Below are positions 39,901 to 57,394 of a DNA stretch of 64,000 nt, piece by piece. Each line of letters opens with the position of its first letter. The first letter of the stretch is position 1. Source of the stretch: Paraspadella gotoi (lineage: Eukaryota > Animalia > Chaetognatha); NCBI GenBank assembly GCA_051294375.1, contig CM119267.1, positions 20,836,232 through 20,900,231 of the forward strand. The letters are read 5' to 3'. Under the pieces are notes generated by a model, which was given only the letters and a program-made list of their open reading frames with translations, did no database searches and had not been told where the DNA came from. A program made the translations under genes and the position numbers.

Positions 39901-40901
39901 CCTGCGGCAGCAATTTTCCTAAAATTTCGCGCCGCCTGGCGTCGTCGGTGGCGCCGAAGGCCGCGAAGGCGCGCCCGAAGGAGGCGGCGTCGACGGAGTC
40001 TTCGTTGAGGAGGTCGACGAGGACGTCGACGTGGGATTCGGTGGAACGGACGAAGGTGAACTGAGATTTTATTGATTGATTGACTGATTAATAAAATCAA
40101 TTTTTTTTATCGATTGCTTTATTGGTTTCTTCGTCGGTTGATTGATTCGTCTTTTGATTTATTGATCGATAATCAATATTTTTTTTGAATAAAAGATTGA
40201 TTGTTTGTCCAAGCCAACTTTCCTACCCTGCCAGGATTGATTCATCGATTGAGTGATTGATTGATTTCTTATTATATTTAAATGTTCAATGCTTCAAAAG
40301 TTTGATTCGGTAAATGATCGAATGATTGGTTCTTTCTTCACTGACCGAAAACCGCAAATTTTGGACGAGTCGATTTTTAAACTCGTTCATCGTGGCTTCG
40401 ACGATTTCTTCCTTGCCCTCGTTCGACATCGAATCGTCAAACTCCAGCGGGGTTATCATTTCCTTGATACTATCTTGATAATTATCCAAAATGTTCGGAA
40501 TGTCCTCGACCGTCTCTTCGAGGGCGTTTCGTAGCAAGAGGGATTTCTCATCGACATCGGTTTCGTTCTGGAGGCAAGAAGGAGCGGAAAGGATCGTTAC
40601 CTACGCGCTCGAATCGCTGGATCATAGTTTCAATATCTACAATACTAGTATATTCCTGATCTAACTGCGTTTATTATATAATTGGCGTTTAAGTAAGAAT
40701 GTCGAATAATTAAGAAAAAAAAAGGTAAATAAAACCAAATTAAATTAATTAAAATATCAATTAGACGAAATCAACGTATACCTGCATCGCGGATTTGACG
40801 GAGATGTAGCGAAAGACGGACCTAGCGATTATCGTCATGCATCCGTCCGAGGTCGCGGCCAACGCGAAACAAAAGAACAGCGCCGCGAAAAATCGTGACA
40901 T
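36984..40901 (-). CDS. Secreted fibrinogen-related protein, paralog 3 (divergent); exons 40901-40782, 40567-40346, 40060-39746, 39126-38656, 38200-37978, 37546-36984
   Basis: All six exons join in frame at GT-AG sites: MSRFFAALFFCFALAATSDGCMTIIARSVFRY...Q / ...LRNALEETVEDIP... / ...RFLPEI... / ...KFGDKTF...LCP...GCVFNHC...INEW...CL...RCLLGERELEM...CRCGVGE / ...NGTMQCGRCPAATF...CEACP...QCLNSKL / VRKTDWIKLQRR...EFWLGLHRMH...GPWWW...FCANC. Confidence 0.88.
39250..39429 (-). mobile_element. Solo LTR of the same family as the TRIM, in intron 3 of paralog 3
   Basis: The reverse complement reads TGTGGACTAAAATCCACCAACC...AAGAGGGACGGGGCGCTTAACCCGCCTG...CTGATCCGAAGCTCAGGG...TAATTACTGTCTCTTCACA, with TG...CA termini. 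Confidence 0.8.
39428..39529. repeat. ~100-bp AT-rich palindrome (hairpin/MITE-like)
   Basis: CAATTTTAGGGATAATTTTAATAAGCTTTATTAATGATTTAG ... CTAAATCATTAATAAAGCTTATTAAAATTATCCTTAAAATTG form ~42-bp inverted arms with 1 mismatch. Confidence 0.8.
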
Positions 40902-41347
40902 TTTTAATCAAATCGAAAATTAAATGAGAAACCAACCGGAGGTTTATCTTAGTTTTATTTTCGCTCCTGTGTTTTACACACACACAAAAAGTTTTACACA
41001 CACACAAAAAGCGAAGTTCGATTTCTAATATTTTTTCGTAATGATTAGAAAAAAAGATGCTCTCTGTGGCCGCGAGAGTCGGTGTGAATCGAGATCCAAT
41101 CAAAATATATATTTTTTTAAAAAAAAATTTTTTTATCTTACATATTATAAATTGATTATAAAAAAAATATGAATTTCTGACCAATATTTTAATTTATAAT
41201 TAATAATTTTAAATTTTGAATTCCTTTTTTCTGAATAAATTAGATAAAACACAAAATAAAAACCCCACCTCGAACCGCCAAGCGGTCAAGTGCGGAATGT
41301 GAAGTACCTCTTTGGATTTTCCTTTTCAAAAACTCGAAAGAAAGGGA

Positions 41348-41397
<50 letters not shown>

Positions 41398-42047
41398 TCT
41401 CTCTTCTCTCTCCCCCGATCCCAACTTCAAAATCGACCCGAAGATAACTCACACTCTCACGCCAGAAGCGGACGTTTGTTTACGCCAGAGACGGCCGACC
41501 ACGAATCGCGAGAGACGTTGATCGGAGGGGGGGGGTTGGGCGTGGCCGGAAATAGATGGGTGCGCTCGGCGGTGAGGCGGAGATTTCGGTGAATTGTGGT
41601 TACGATTCACGTAAATACGACGAAGATTCGTCATCTTTTTTTTCTGTCGCGAGAATTTTTTTCTTTTTTTTTTTCTTTCGAAGGTCAAAGTCGATATCGT
41701 TCGTCTTTGTCGTCCTCGTTGTGGTTGTTGACGTTGTTGTTGTCGTTGTTGTTGTTGTTTTTATTTGGTTGCTTCTAACGAATCGAAATACCTGGAGGTA
41801 GTGATTTGAAAAATCAAGGTTTTGTTTAAAATATAACACAACCACCAAGATCGACCGAATCGACCGGAGAAAAGCATAACGTCTATTATGACAATTTTCA
41901 TTAAATTTTGTATCTATTTTATATTTTCAACTCGTTTTTGTTCGCACTTATTTTTTATCTTTTTTCCCTTCGCCAAGAAAAAATTCTTCTTCTCAGCCAT
42001 TTCCAAATCATCATAACCATTTTCATCAGTTCCCTTCTTCATCTTCT

Positions 42048-42090
<43 letters not shown>

Positions 42091-42485
42091 TTTCCCTTCA
42101 GCTTCCAAATCTCCTTTTCCCTCCGTCATTTCGCGTCTCGAGAGACGAAGTCACAAAAATTCAACTTCGATAATTTTCCTTCCGTTATCCTTTCTTATTT
42201 CGTCCTCTCTGATCCTCTGCTCTCTTCTTCTCTCTCTTTCTCCTCGTCCTGTCCATCTCTTCTCTCTCTCTCTCTCTGCCTACTCTCTCGTCCTCTCTGC
42301 CTCTCTCTCTCTCTTCTCCTCTGCCCTCTTCTCGGTCCTGGCTTCTCTCATGCTAGTACTATTCCCCTTTTGCGTGTTCCTCGTTAAAAAATGTTTAACC
42401 CAGTTTCTCTTCCCTCCACTGAAGAGAAATCTTTTCTTATTTTTTCTCTCCACCCTCTCGTTCTCTCTTTTGCTTCTCTTCTCTT

Positions 42486-42517
<32 letters not shown>

Positions 42518-44199
42518 TCTCTCTTCTTCTCTCTCTCTCTCTCTTCTTCCTCTCTCCTCTCTCTCTCTCTCTCTTCCTTTATCTTTCTCTTCTTCTTTTT
42601 CTGCCTCCTCATTGTCCCTTTCTCCCTTTTTTCCTCCTCCTTTTTTCCTTCTCCCCACTTTTCTATTTCCACTTATCGTAATTTCCTATAAATTTTCACA
42701 TCATTTTAGTAATTATTTCCAATCTTATCAAATGTTAGCCTTTTCTCTCTTTCACTACGTCTTAGCTTTTTTTATATTTTTATCTTTTTATCATTTAACT
42801 TCTTTATCTTTCTGTCACCTCATCTCCTATTTTATTTTATTTATTCATTTCATTTTATTATTTTATTCCAAATATTCGTTCTCTTCTTCCTCCTTATTCA
42901 TTTCTTCTTCTCCTCAGCCGATGCGCTTCATGTCCATTCATTTGGATTTGATTCCATCTTCTTTTCGATATCCATTCGCTTCATTTCTCTTTTGTTATCA
43001 TTTCGTTTCGCTTTCGAGAAATCTATGCCTTCCTTTCTTCATGTTCTTTCTTTATTATTGCGTCGGCATTTTTCTTTGCTTTAAAAGAAACAAAGTGTCG
43101 CCGTTACTTTCGTTGTTTTCTTTTTTTAAACAATATCATTTACATTTTTAAATAAAGTTTATAGGTATGTCAATATGTCAAAGTAACTCGCCATTTTTCA
43201 AATTTAATTTTTCTAAATTGATATTATCTGTCAAATTACTCATCTGTATTGAAAGATCTCATTCTGAAGTTTTCCAGAGACAATTTTAGAGAAATGAATT
43301 ATTCATGGTAGACTTCGTTATTAATCAATAACCTATAGTTATTAAAAAAAAAAACCAAGTCAACACAAGCCAAAAAATTATAACTACTCATTAGTAAGCT
43401 AATCTCAACCGCATCTACTATAAAGGACGGTAACTTCTTATTCCATTTTAAGTCTTTGAATTTTTAACAATAAAAATCTCATCAACTCGCGGACCACAAT
43501 TTTCTCCTTTTCCTCCCCCTCCTCCTCCTCCTCCTCCTCCTCCTCATCTCTCCACTGATTGGAGTTTTATTTTTTAATCAGATTTTAATTGTCAAACCTT
43601 TTTACTCCTTCATTCTCTCGGCTAATTTCTTCTTTCTATCAATTTTACGTCGATGTTCCGTCTCGTTCATCTTATTTGCCTCCCGAAAGAAACCCAATAT
43701 ATTGAGATTCTTTACGCGAAGTAATAACAAAAAATAATTAATTTAACGAAACTATTTTTCATTACATTTTTAAATTAAATTAGCGTTCGCCGAATAAATA
43801 CTTTTAAATTTTTTAATAGTTAATAAAGACGAAATACCATAGAGCGGCGCGAGACAGGACGAACAACAACTCGTTGACAAAATCTCAGTCTCAATACTAC
43901 TTCTCCGCTAAATTCCAAACTTAACCATTAATCTACCCTTCAAAATTTATAAATATTTTTTCCCCGGCGCAAGACCTTATACAAGCTAACCGATTTACCA
44001 CCAGTCTCGGTGTCGGGCCAGGTCGACTCAGAACTCTTTCTTAGTTTTTTTTTTAAAATCGTGCTCATAAGATCGACCGTCTCTGACAATAGTATGTCAA
44101 CGATTTAAAAAACTCCCCTTATCCTACATTCCCTCTTTTTCTTCCCGAGACCACTCCTCGTCTTTCACACTTCGTCGATACAATATCTTCTCTTTCCCA

Positions 44200-44300
44200 A
44201 ACCGGAAGTGGCCACGCCTCCAGTGGCATCCGTCGCGCGAGTAGAAGGCGCGAGATAATCCTTTTTTTATTTCCAGAACCGAAACCGGAAGCGCAGGGCG
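44200..44300. promoter_or_regulatory. Possible CpG-rich promoter with ETS-like sites
   Basis: ACCGGAAGTG (44201) is followed by GGCCACGCC and a second ACCGGAAGCG (~44284), upstream of a possible acidic first exon (44560-44721). Confidence 0.3.
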
Positions 44301-44903
44301 TGAATCAAAAAATAAAAATTATATTTAAAAAGAACGAGCGTGAAATGAGGGGGAAGCTGGCGAAGCTGACGAGGACACGGCAACAACTACAACAACAACA
44401 ACAACAAAAACAACAACAACGACAACAACAACAACGACGACGAAGACAACAACGACAACGACGACGGCCGCGTCTGGCAACAATCGGCGCGGAGGCGTCG
44501 ATGCGTAACGATACCGATTTCACTCCGGAAACCGGAAAAAAAAAAATATCTCGGCAACAATGATGTCTGACGGTCGACAATGCAGATCGAAGGAAAACAA
44601 AAAGGCTGACGACGATGATGACAATGACGACGACGACAGGAGCACTGACAACGACTCTCCGACGGATGATGACGACCACGACGACGAAGACAGAAACGGC
44701 CAACCAAAGAGGCATTGGTCGGTACCTAATGTGTCATTTGTGGAACGTATCGAAATTAATCTCACTTTACGGTCATAGGACGACAATATAACTAATATTA
44801 AATTTAAAGCGATGACGAGGTCGGAGATTGAAACTAAAAATAAAGGAAAGGTCGGGGAACAAAACCGAACAACAACAACAACAATCATTGGGTCCGACCC
44901 CGT

Positions 44904-44934
<31 letters not shown>

Positions 44935-45026
44935 GTTGGGGCGAAAATATTATCGATTTGATTTAAGCAGGAGAGAAACAAGGGAAGGAGCGACTCTGGA
45001 GAAAAGAAACAGAGAGAGAGAGAAGA

Positions 45027-45059
<33 letters not shown>

Positions 45060-45359
45060 GTAGAGCAGATGAGGAGAGAGAGAGAGAGGAGAGAGAAAAG
45101 AAGGAACAATGGGAAGGGAGAGAGGAAAATCAATCACCAGTCCCGAAGCGAGCGGTTTTGGCTATAGGGTAAAATTTAATGGCGCGAGATGCATGCCGAA
45201 CAGAAAGGGTGTGTTGTAGAAGAAGAGAGAGATATAGAGAGAGAGAGGAGAGAGAGAGAGAGAGCAGTAGAGAGAGAAGGGACGAGAAGAGAGAGCGAAG
45301 TATAGATAGAGTACAGAGCAGACGGTTAACAAAAACAAAGTAAAAAATCTTGCGAATGA

Positions 45360-50760
<5,401 letters not shown>

Positions 50761-50799
50761 AGAGAGAGAGAGAGNNNNNNNNNNNNNNNNNNNNNNNNN

Positions 50800-50834
<35 letters not shown>

Positions 50835-50997
50835 GAAGAAATCAAACATTGATTTTTTTACTGATTCGCTCACAGATTAAAATCTCTCGACCTTCACGTG
50901 AGGTGGATCAAAATCTTCGATATAACTGCTCAGAAATAGATTAATTGAAACCGATTATTACAATAATGAAAATAATCTTCCACAACAAATGAAAACC

Positions 50998-53900
50998 ATG
51001 TCGCATCCCAGAGCTATCGTCTCATTTGTCGTCGTCGTCTTCGTCGCCGCCGGCTGTCCAGCTGCGTCGGCGGCGTCGCCTGCGGCCGCTGAATGTTTTC
51101 AGTGCGTCACGTGGAAATCCGACTTTGCTAAGGATAAGGGTAAGTTATTGTCGATCGGTTGAGCACATGGGTCAGTTATTGCTTTTCAGTTCCAAGTGGA
51201 TTTTGGTGGCGATTTCATTTTGGTTTTAGTCAATAGAAACCAAAAACATTAAAGGATAAAATCAGTAAGCCGTATTTTTATAGTTAAAGAATGAAATATT
51301 GGTTTCATTAAGTGATTACTTTTTATAAATATTTTTTAAAAAACTTTGTACTATATATTTTAAATTTCTAACAATGATATTTTAATATTATATTCTTCTT
51401 GGTGAATATTTACGGTGTGAGGGAGGTTAGTATAGTCTTCTAAAAATCGAGGGTTCACATATATATATATATATATATCAAACAATATAAGGTTTATAAA
51501 CTTACTGTTTGTTTCCAAATAGAGTTAAATTAAGTTAAGTTAAGTTAAGTTGTCAACGCTATTACATATTTCTTTCCCCTTCCTATCACATTCTCATTCC
51601 TTTTCCTCCTTTTTCCTCCCCCCCCTTTCCTCCCTGCCCCTCTCAGCGAGCTGCGTTCGTCCCGTCGCCTGCGTCACTTCCGGTCAATGCTTCAAGACCG
51701 TCTTCCTCGCGGGTCTCACCATCCGGGGTTGTCCGCAAGGGATCGACTCGGACATCGAGTCGAAAATGTGAGTCGCGTCGTTGGAATTTGTTCGTTTGTT
51801 TGTCGGGTCGTTCGTTCGTTTGTTATTTTCGTTGATTCGTTCGTTGGTTCGTTCGTTAATTTGTTTGTTCGTTCCTTCGTTCGTTTTAAACCGTTTGTTC
51901 GCTGGTTAAGTTAATTAAATTGTTAGGCTGGATTATTATGCGTTTTATTTCGAATTCAAACAAGGTTGATTCAGTACTACAGGAGCATCCAAAAAAGCTT
52001 AAGTCTAAAAACAAAACAAAGTTAAAGATTTGCGTGAAAAACCACCACCACAGACAACAAAGGTCCAAATTATCAATTAAATATTTCAATCATTAAAGAT
52101 GCGATTATTTTTTTGAGAACTAAATTTTTCGAACTATAGATCTTGGAAATAAAGTCTCTTTTTACGCTGGTTAAACAATGGTAATATATCACAGTAACCA
52201 AATAAAGTCGCGAAGCTCTCTAATGCTTTCCCCATCGGTTGAATCCGAAATATTTTTCTGATACCATCATTAATAGCAACATTAATTCTGTTCATGTCTC
52301 TAGCCAAAAAGTTTTTACCTCACAGCCAATAGTAGTATAGGACACAATTTGTAATAAAAACAATTTCATTAGAACTTCTTCAGATGGTTTATACAAAGCA
52401 TTAATTAAACAATTACTAGATCGATAGAAAAGATGAGAGTTCTTTGCTAGGTTCAAATAAGGACCCCTTGTCGCTACTGCAGGTTAAAGCTCAAGATAAG
52501 TCCATTTATTAACGAGTTTCTATAGGGTTACTGTTAAGAGAAAGAACATCTTTATCAACACTGTGTAAGGTTTTCCAAAATACATTACTTTTGTTTTTTT
52601 AAAACTAAAAGTAAAAACAAAACTGCTCTGAATACTGAGCACAAGATATTTATTAGAGTTTGCATACCTGCTATTGTTTGGTGGACAAAAGCGCAATGTC
52701 GTCAGCAATAAAAAATGCTTGCTAAAAGAATAAGTTTCCTAATATGACACCCAAAACCAGATATATTTTAATCTTGTTATTAAGTCATTTACATACAAAG
52801 CCAGAAATAAAGGGCTTAAGACAGCACCCTGCCGTACACCTGGACGACACTATGAAAGCATCACTGATATCTCCTTTCCAGCGACTCCTACTAGTTAGGT
52901 TACTATAGCCAGTAAACCAATTAATTTATAAAACAGAGTGGTACAGATCTATCTATGAGTATTGTGTAAAAAGACGCATAATGATTGACCTTAATCAAAA
53001 CCCTTGCTGCAATCCATAAATGTTGCGAAAACGCCAGAGCCATGAGTATTAAAATAATTTATACAAGTCCTTAACGTTAACATAGCGTGAGAAGTTGAGT
53101 GGACATTTCTTATATCCAAATTGTAAATCGTCAGAAAAAAGATAATGGCCGAATTTCCAAATAAAAGGCAGTGTTCAAATAATTGACTAAAAATCGAAGA
53201 AAGAGTTATTCCTCTATAATTAGAAAACAGAAACTTAAGCATCAACCGCTTGTAGTCCTTCACGAATAGGGAATAATCAAACCCTCTAAAAAGTCAGTAC
53301 ATACATATGAATGTTGAATTAAACTGTTCAGTAACATATGCAAATGAGTCAACAGTTTGGGGCTCGCAAAAATCAAATGTTCTGGAGTTACAAATGTTGC
53401 AGACGATTTTTCCTGCTTTAATTTTTGTAAGAAAGCTGTTAAAAATTCATCCAAGATATTAGATAAGGTCTAATCGATTGTTGAGATAATGAATTCACAA
53501 TATTTTTATACTTTTCTGAAAATTCAGACTAAGACGAGAATTGCTGTTTGCATTAAAATCATCAATAGACTAATTTGTAATTTTGTGAAAAATGATTAGC
53601 AATTTCATGGTTGTTAAAATGCCCCATCTAATCACATTCCACATCTGTGTTTTTCCCTTGAATTATGACTCAAGTTTTTCCAAAAACTACAATAACAGTC
53701 TTTGTTATGTAAATCATGCAACTTTTGCGAAATCAAGATGAGAAATTCAATCTTTTAGCATTTTTAATAGAACGTTTTATAGGCTGTAATTAGCCGCTTA
53801 CTTTTGCGTTAAAAATAGGACCTTTATTGGGTCTCCACAATCACGCCAAAGTGTGTACAATTCTATTGATTCATTTTTAAGTTTTTGTAAAGTTCATCAC

Positions 53901-54546
53901 TCCAGAATTTTCTTTTGTAATTGGGGCTTTGCCGCTTGGAATTGATGCATCGGCTATTTTAATTGCTTGAAACAATGTCGCAAAAAGTATTTTTTTCTAA
54001 TTTAAAAATATGAATCAGTATTTTCACAACATATTGTCATCGTGAGTTAATTGCATCGTAAAGGAACATAACTCTTGTCTAATTCAATTAGAAACAGTAA
54101 GATTCGTATAATTTTTTATCTTCTGCTTTAAGTTCTTTCCAGTTGATAAATTCCGTTCTATTCTTAAAAATTGATTCGTTTTTTTTCTTTCTTTCTCTCT
54201 TGAAGGTCTCTCTCTGTTCTTTAATTAAAAAGTGGCGGTTGTTTTTAAATTGAAAATCTCATCTCTCCTCTCCTTCTCTCTCTCTCTCTCTCTCTCCTCT
54301 CTTCTCTCATCTCTCATCTCTCTCTCTCTCCTCTCTCTCTCTCTCTACCCCCTCTCCACCAACACTTTATCTCTCTCACCTGCAAGAAAGAAAGAAGGGA
54401 ATGAAATAAAGAGAGAGAGAGAGAAATTAAGACGGAAGGAAAGAAAGATCCAGTATTTTTTTCATTAGACTCAGAAGCGATAACCTCGCGCGAAGAACCG
54501 CGGCGAAAAGACGAATGAGGCAACGAATCATAAAAAAGAGAGAGGT

Positions 54547-54613
<67 letters not shown>

Positions 54614-55844
54614 AAAATGGGAGGGAAAAAGTAAGGTAGAGAGGTAGAAAGGTGGAGAGAAATGGGAGGAAAGGAAGGTAGAGAGAGAAGAAAAATAAGA
54701 CGGGCAAAAAGAGAGGCAGAGAGGCAGAGAGGTAGATAGAAATGGTAGATAAAGGAGGGTTAAGATAGAGAAGAAAAAAAGCGCGAAAAGAGAGGTAAAG
54801 ATTGAAATGATATTGGAGTAAAGTGAGGTCGTGACAGAAATGATATTTGAGAGAAGATAAATGAAAAGAGAAGAGAAAAAGTAAACAAAAAAAAAGAAAA
54901 GTAACAAGAAAAGAAAAAAGCCCATAAAGAGAAGTATGAAGGAAAAATAAATGTTAAGTAAAGAATAGGATCGAGAAAAGAGAAACGAAAGAAAAGAAAG
55001 GTAAAGAGAGAAGAGAAATAAGAAGAAAGATAAAAAAAATGATGAGGAAAAGTAAAGAATGGACGGAAGAAAAAAAAAGGGAATGACTAAAAAAGAAAGG
55101 GGACATAAAAAAGGAGGGGACATAAAAAAAGAAGGGAAAAAAAAAGGAGGGAAAAAATTCTCTCATTTCATCCAATTCCGCATCGTGAAAGGAAATGGGG
55201 GAGAAGTGGGGGGCGAGGGGTTAGGGGAGGTGGGTGAAAGACAGAGGGATGTATGTGACTATGTAGATAGTAAAGGGTAACACTAATTGTCACACGTAGT
55301 TGACAGATTCGAGTATTTTTGATAATAATTGGATTTAAAAAACTTAATGAATGCGAAATTATTTTCTCGACGTTTTTTATATTATTTTTTTTTCATTGTC
55401 ATTTTTATTTTTATAAAATAAAATGAAAATGAATCAATTTAAGTTCAACATTACAATATGTAAATGAGATTAAGAAATTCAATCTCATTTAAGATCATAT
55501 AATATTAGATAATCATCCCTTCCATTTCTTATTACGAAACTACGAAGAGATTACGTAAATGAAACCAAAGAAAAATATAATATATAATTCTTAAGAATTA
55601 ATTTCTAAACTAATCAGCCGAATCCTTACCTAAAGACGAACAAACTTACATTTTTAAAAGACAAAACTTGTCAATTTTTAATCTTTCCTCTCGATCGCGG
55701 TGGGGGGATTTGGTAAGTTTGAGGGGGGAGGTAGGTGGCTAATTGGTGGGATGGTGGCGGGCGCGTGGCGGGAACAGGTGGCGCGGATTGGGAAGAGCGT
55801 TGATGACTCTGCTCAGCGAGGTGGATGGGGAAAAAAAAGGGGAA

Positions 55845-55918
<74 letters not shown>

Positions 55919-56286
55919 ACTGATTCGTTTTCCATTCTCCGCTTGATTTAAACTTCGGTTAAAAACCCCCGCCTTTTTTTTCCTTTCCTTCTTTTTTTTT
56001 ATGTCAATCTTTTTTCTTTCAGTTTCTCTTCCGTTTTTCGCGACCGAAGTTTTTTTTTTAGTTTTATTTATTTTTAAATTTGAATCTGTTTCCTGTCCGT
56101 TTGTTAAACTTTGTCCGTACGTTTGGATGTCTATAGGAACGAGAGCCAGATTTTTGGTTTTTAGTTGTTTTTCTATTTAATGAATTCAAACGCGGAAAAC
56201 GAATCAAAAAGTAACAGATCAGTATCACCCTGTTCTTGTGCCAGTGCGGCAGTCTATAACTATCAATCTATCTATTTATCTGTTTC

Positions 56287-56377
<91 letters not shown>

Positions 56378-56830
56378 GTCTATCTATCTATTGTTCTTAA
56401 TCTTTTTTTTTCTTTATGATTCAGCGTCACGAATATCATGAAACCTTTTTTATCTTTCGTTTGAGATTTGAGATTTTATAAACAATGAGGGAAATAAAGA
56501 AAACAATAAAGAAAGAAAGAAATTGTGAAAAAGAAAGATCGAATTCCCGTCCAAACCCCAACGTCCCTTCAGGTGCGACAAGATCCTCTACATGATGACC
56601 AAAGATCCAAACACGAGTCAAAGTCTCAAATCAAAGTTCGAGTCTTCTCAGGCGCAAAAGGATTTCCTCTCCGCCTGTCCCAAATCCGGTCAGGCCCAGG
56701 CGTCGCCGCGGACCTCGCTCTGCAGGGGGCGGGGCTGCAATGGCGCCGCGTCGCTGGCGGCGTCGAAAATCCTGGCGGCGACGACGATCGGCGTCGTCGT
56801 TTGGGCGGGAAGGAAATTTTTGAGTTGGGG
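50998..56830 (+). CDS. Ly6/uPAR (LU, three-finger) domain protein, probably GPI-anchored; exons 50998-51139, 51647-51767, 56573-~56830
   Basis: Splicing in phases 1 and 2 gives the signal peptide MSHPRAIVSFVVVVFVAAGCPAASA, then ECFQC...SC...AC...QCFK...IRGC...MC...AC...LCRGRGCN (10 Cys, terminal CxxxxCN), then a hydrophobic tail AASLAASKILAATTIGVVVWAG. The stop is probably lost to a T-homopolymer indel at ~56817-56821; as assembled the frame runs into (GA)n to 57053. Confidence 0.8.
51950..54150 (-). mobile_element. 5'-truncated, frameshifted LINE (RT domain) in intron 2 of the LU gene
   Basis: Minus-strand motifs NYRGITLSS, FATFMDCSKGFD (ORF 52991-53263), GVRQGAVLSPLFLALYVND (~52840-52785) and ADDI (~52700). 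Confidence 0.85.
56263..56390. repeat. (TCTA)n microsatellite
   Basis: Long tetranucleotide run. Many (GA/CT)n, (GAC/GTC)n and (CAA)n tracts also occur throughout the window. Confidence 0.95.
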
Positions 56831-56851
56831 GAAGAGGGAAGGAGAGAGAAA

Positions 56852-56945
<94 letters not shown>

Positions 56946-56951
56946 AGAGAG

Positions 56952-56982
<31 letters not shown>

Positions 56983-56994
56983 AGACAGTAGAGA

Positions 56995-57034
<40 letters not shown>

Positions 57035-57303
57035 TATGATGAAAAACGGATAAAAGTTTTTTTTGGTCGTTTGAACGTCATTTCGATTTCTTTTACTTTT
57101 TCTTTTTTTCCCTTTCAAAAACCGTGGGCGTTCTATTCCTAGCGTTAGCCTTTTGTCTGTTTTGTTCCTTTGTTTTTCGCTGATGATATTTCCCGTGCAT
57201 CGTCGTCGCCGTCTTTCCTTTTCTCCCTCTAACGAGAAGAGAGAGAAACATTATTTCGGAAACAAATAAACAAAACGACATCGAAGGAAACATCGAGCGA
57301 TAT

Positions 57304-57394
<91 letters not shown>

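Noticed and set aside
56830-57053. Long (ER)n C-terminal extension of the LU protein
   Set aside because: It is read-through into a (GA)n microsatellite. A single-T correction at ~56817-56821 restores a stop right after the hydrophobic tail.
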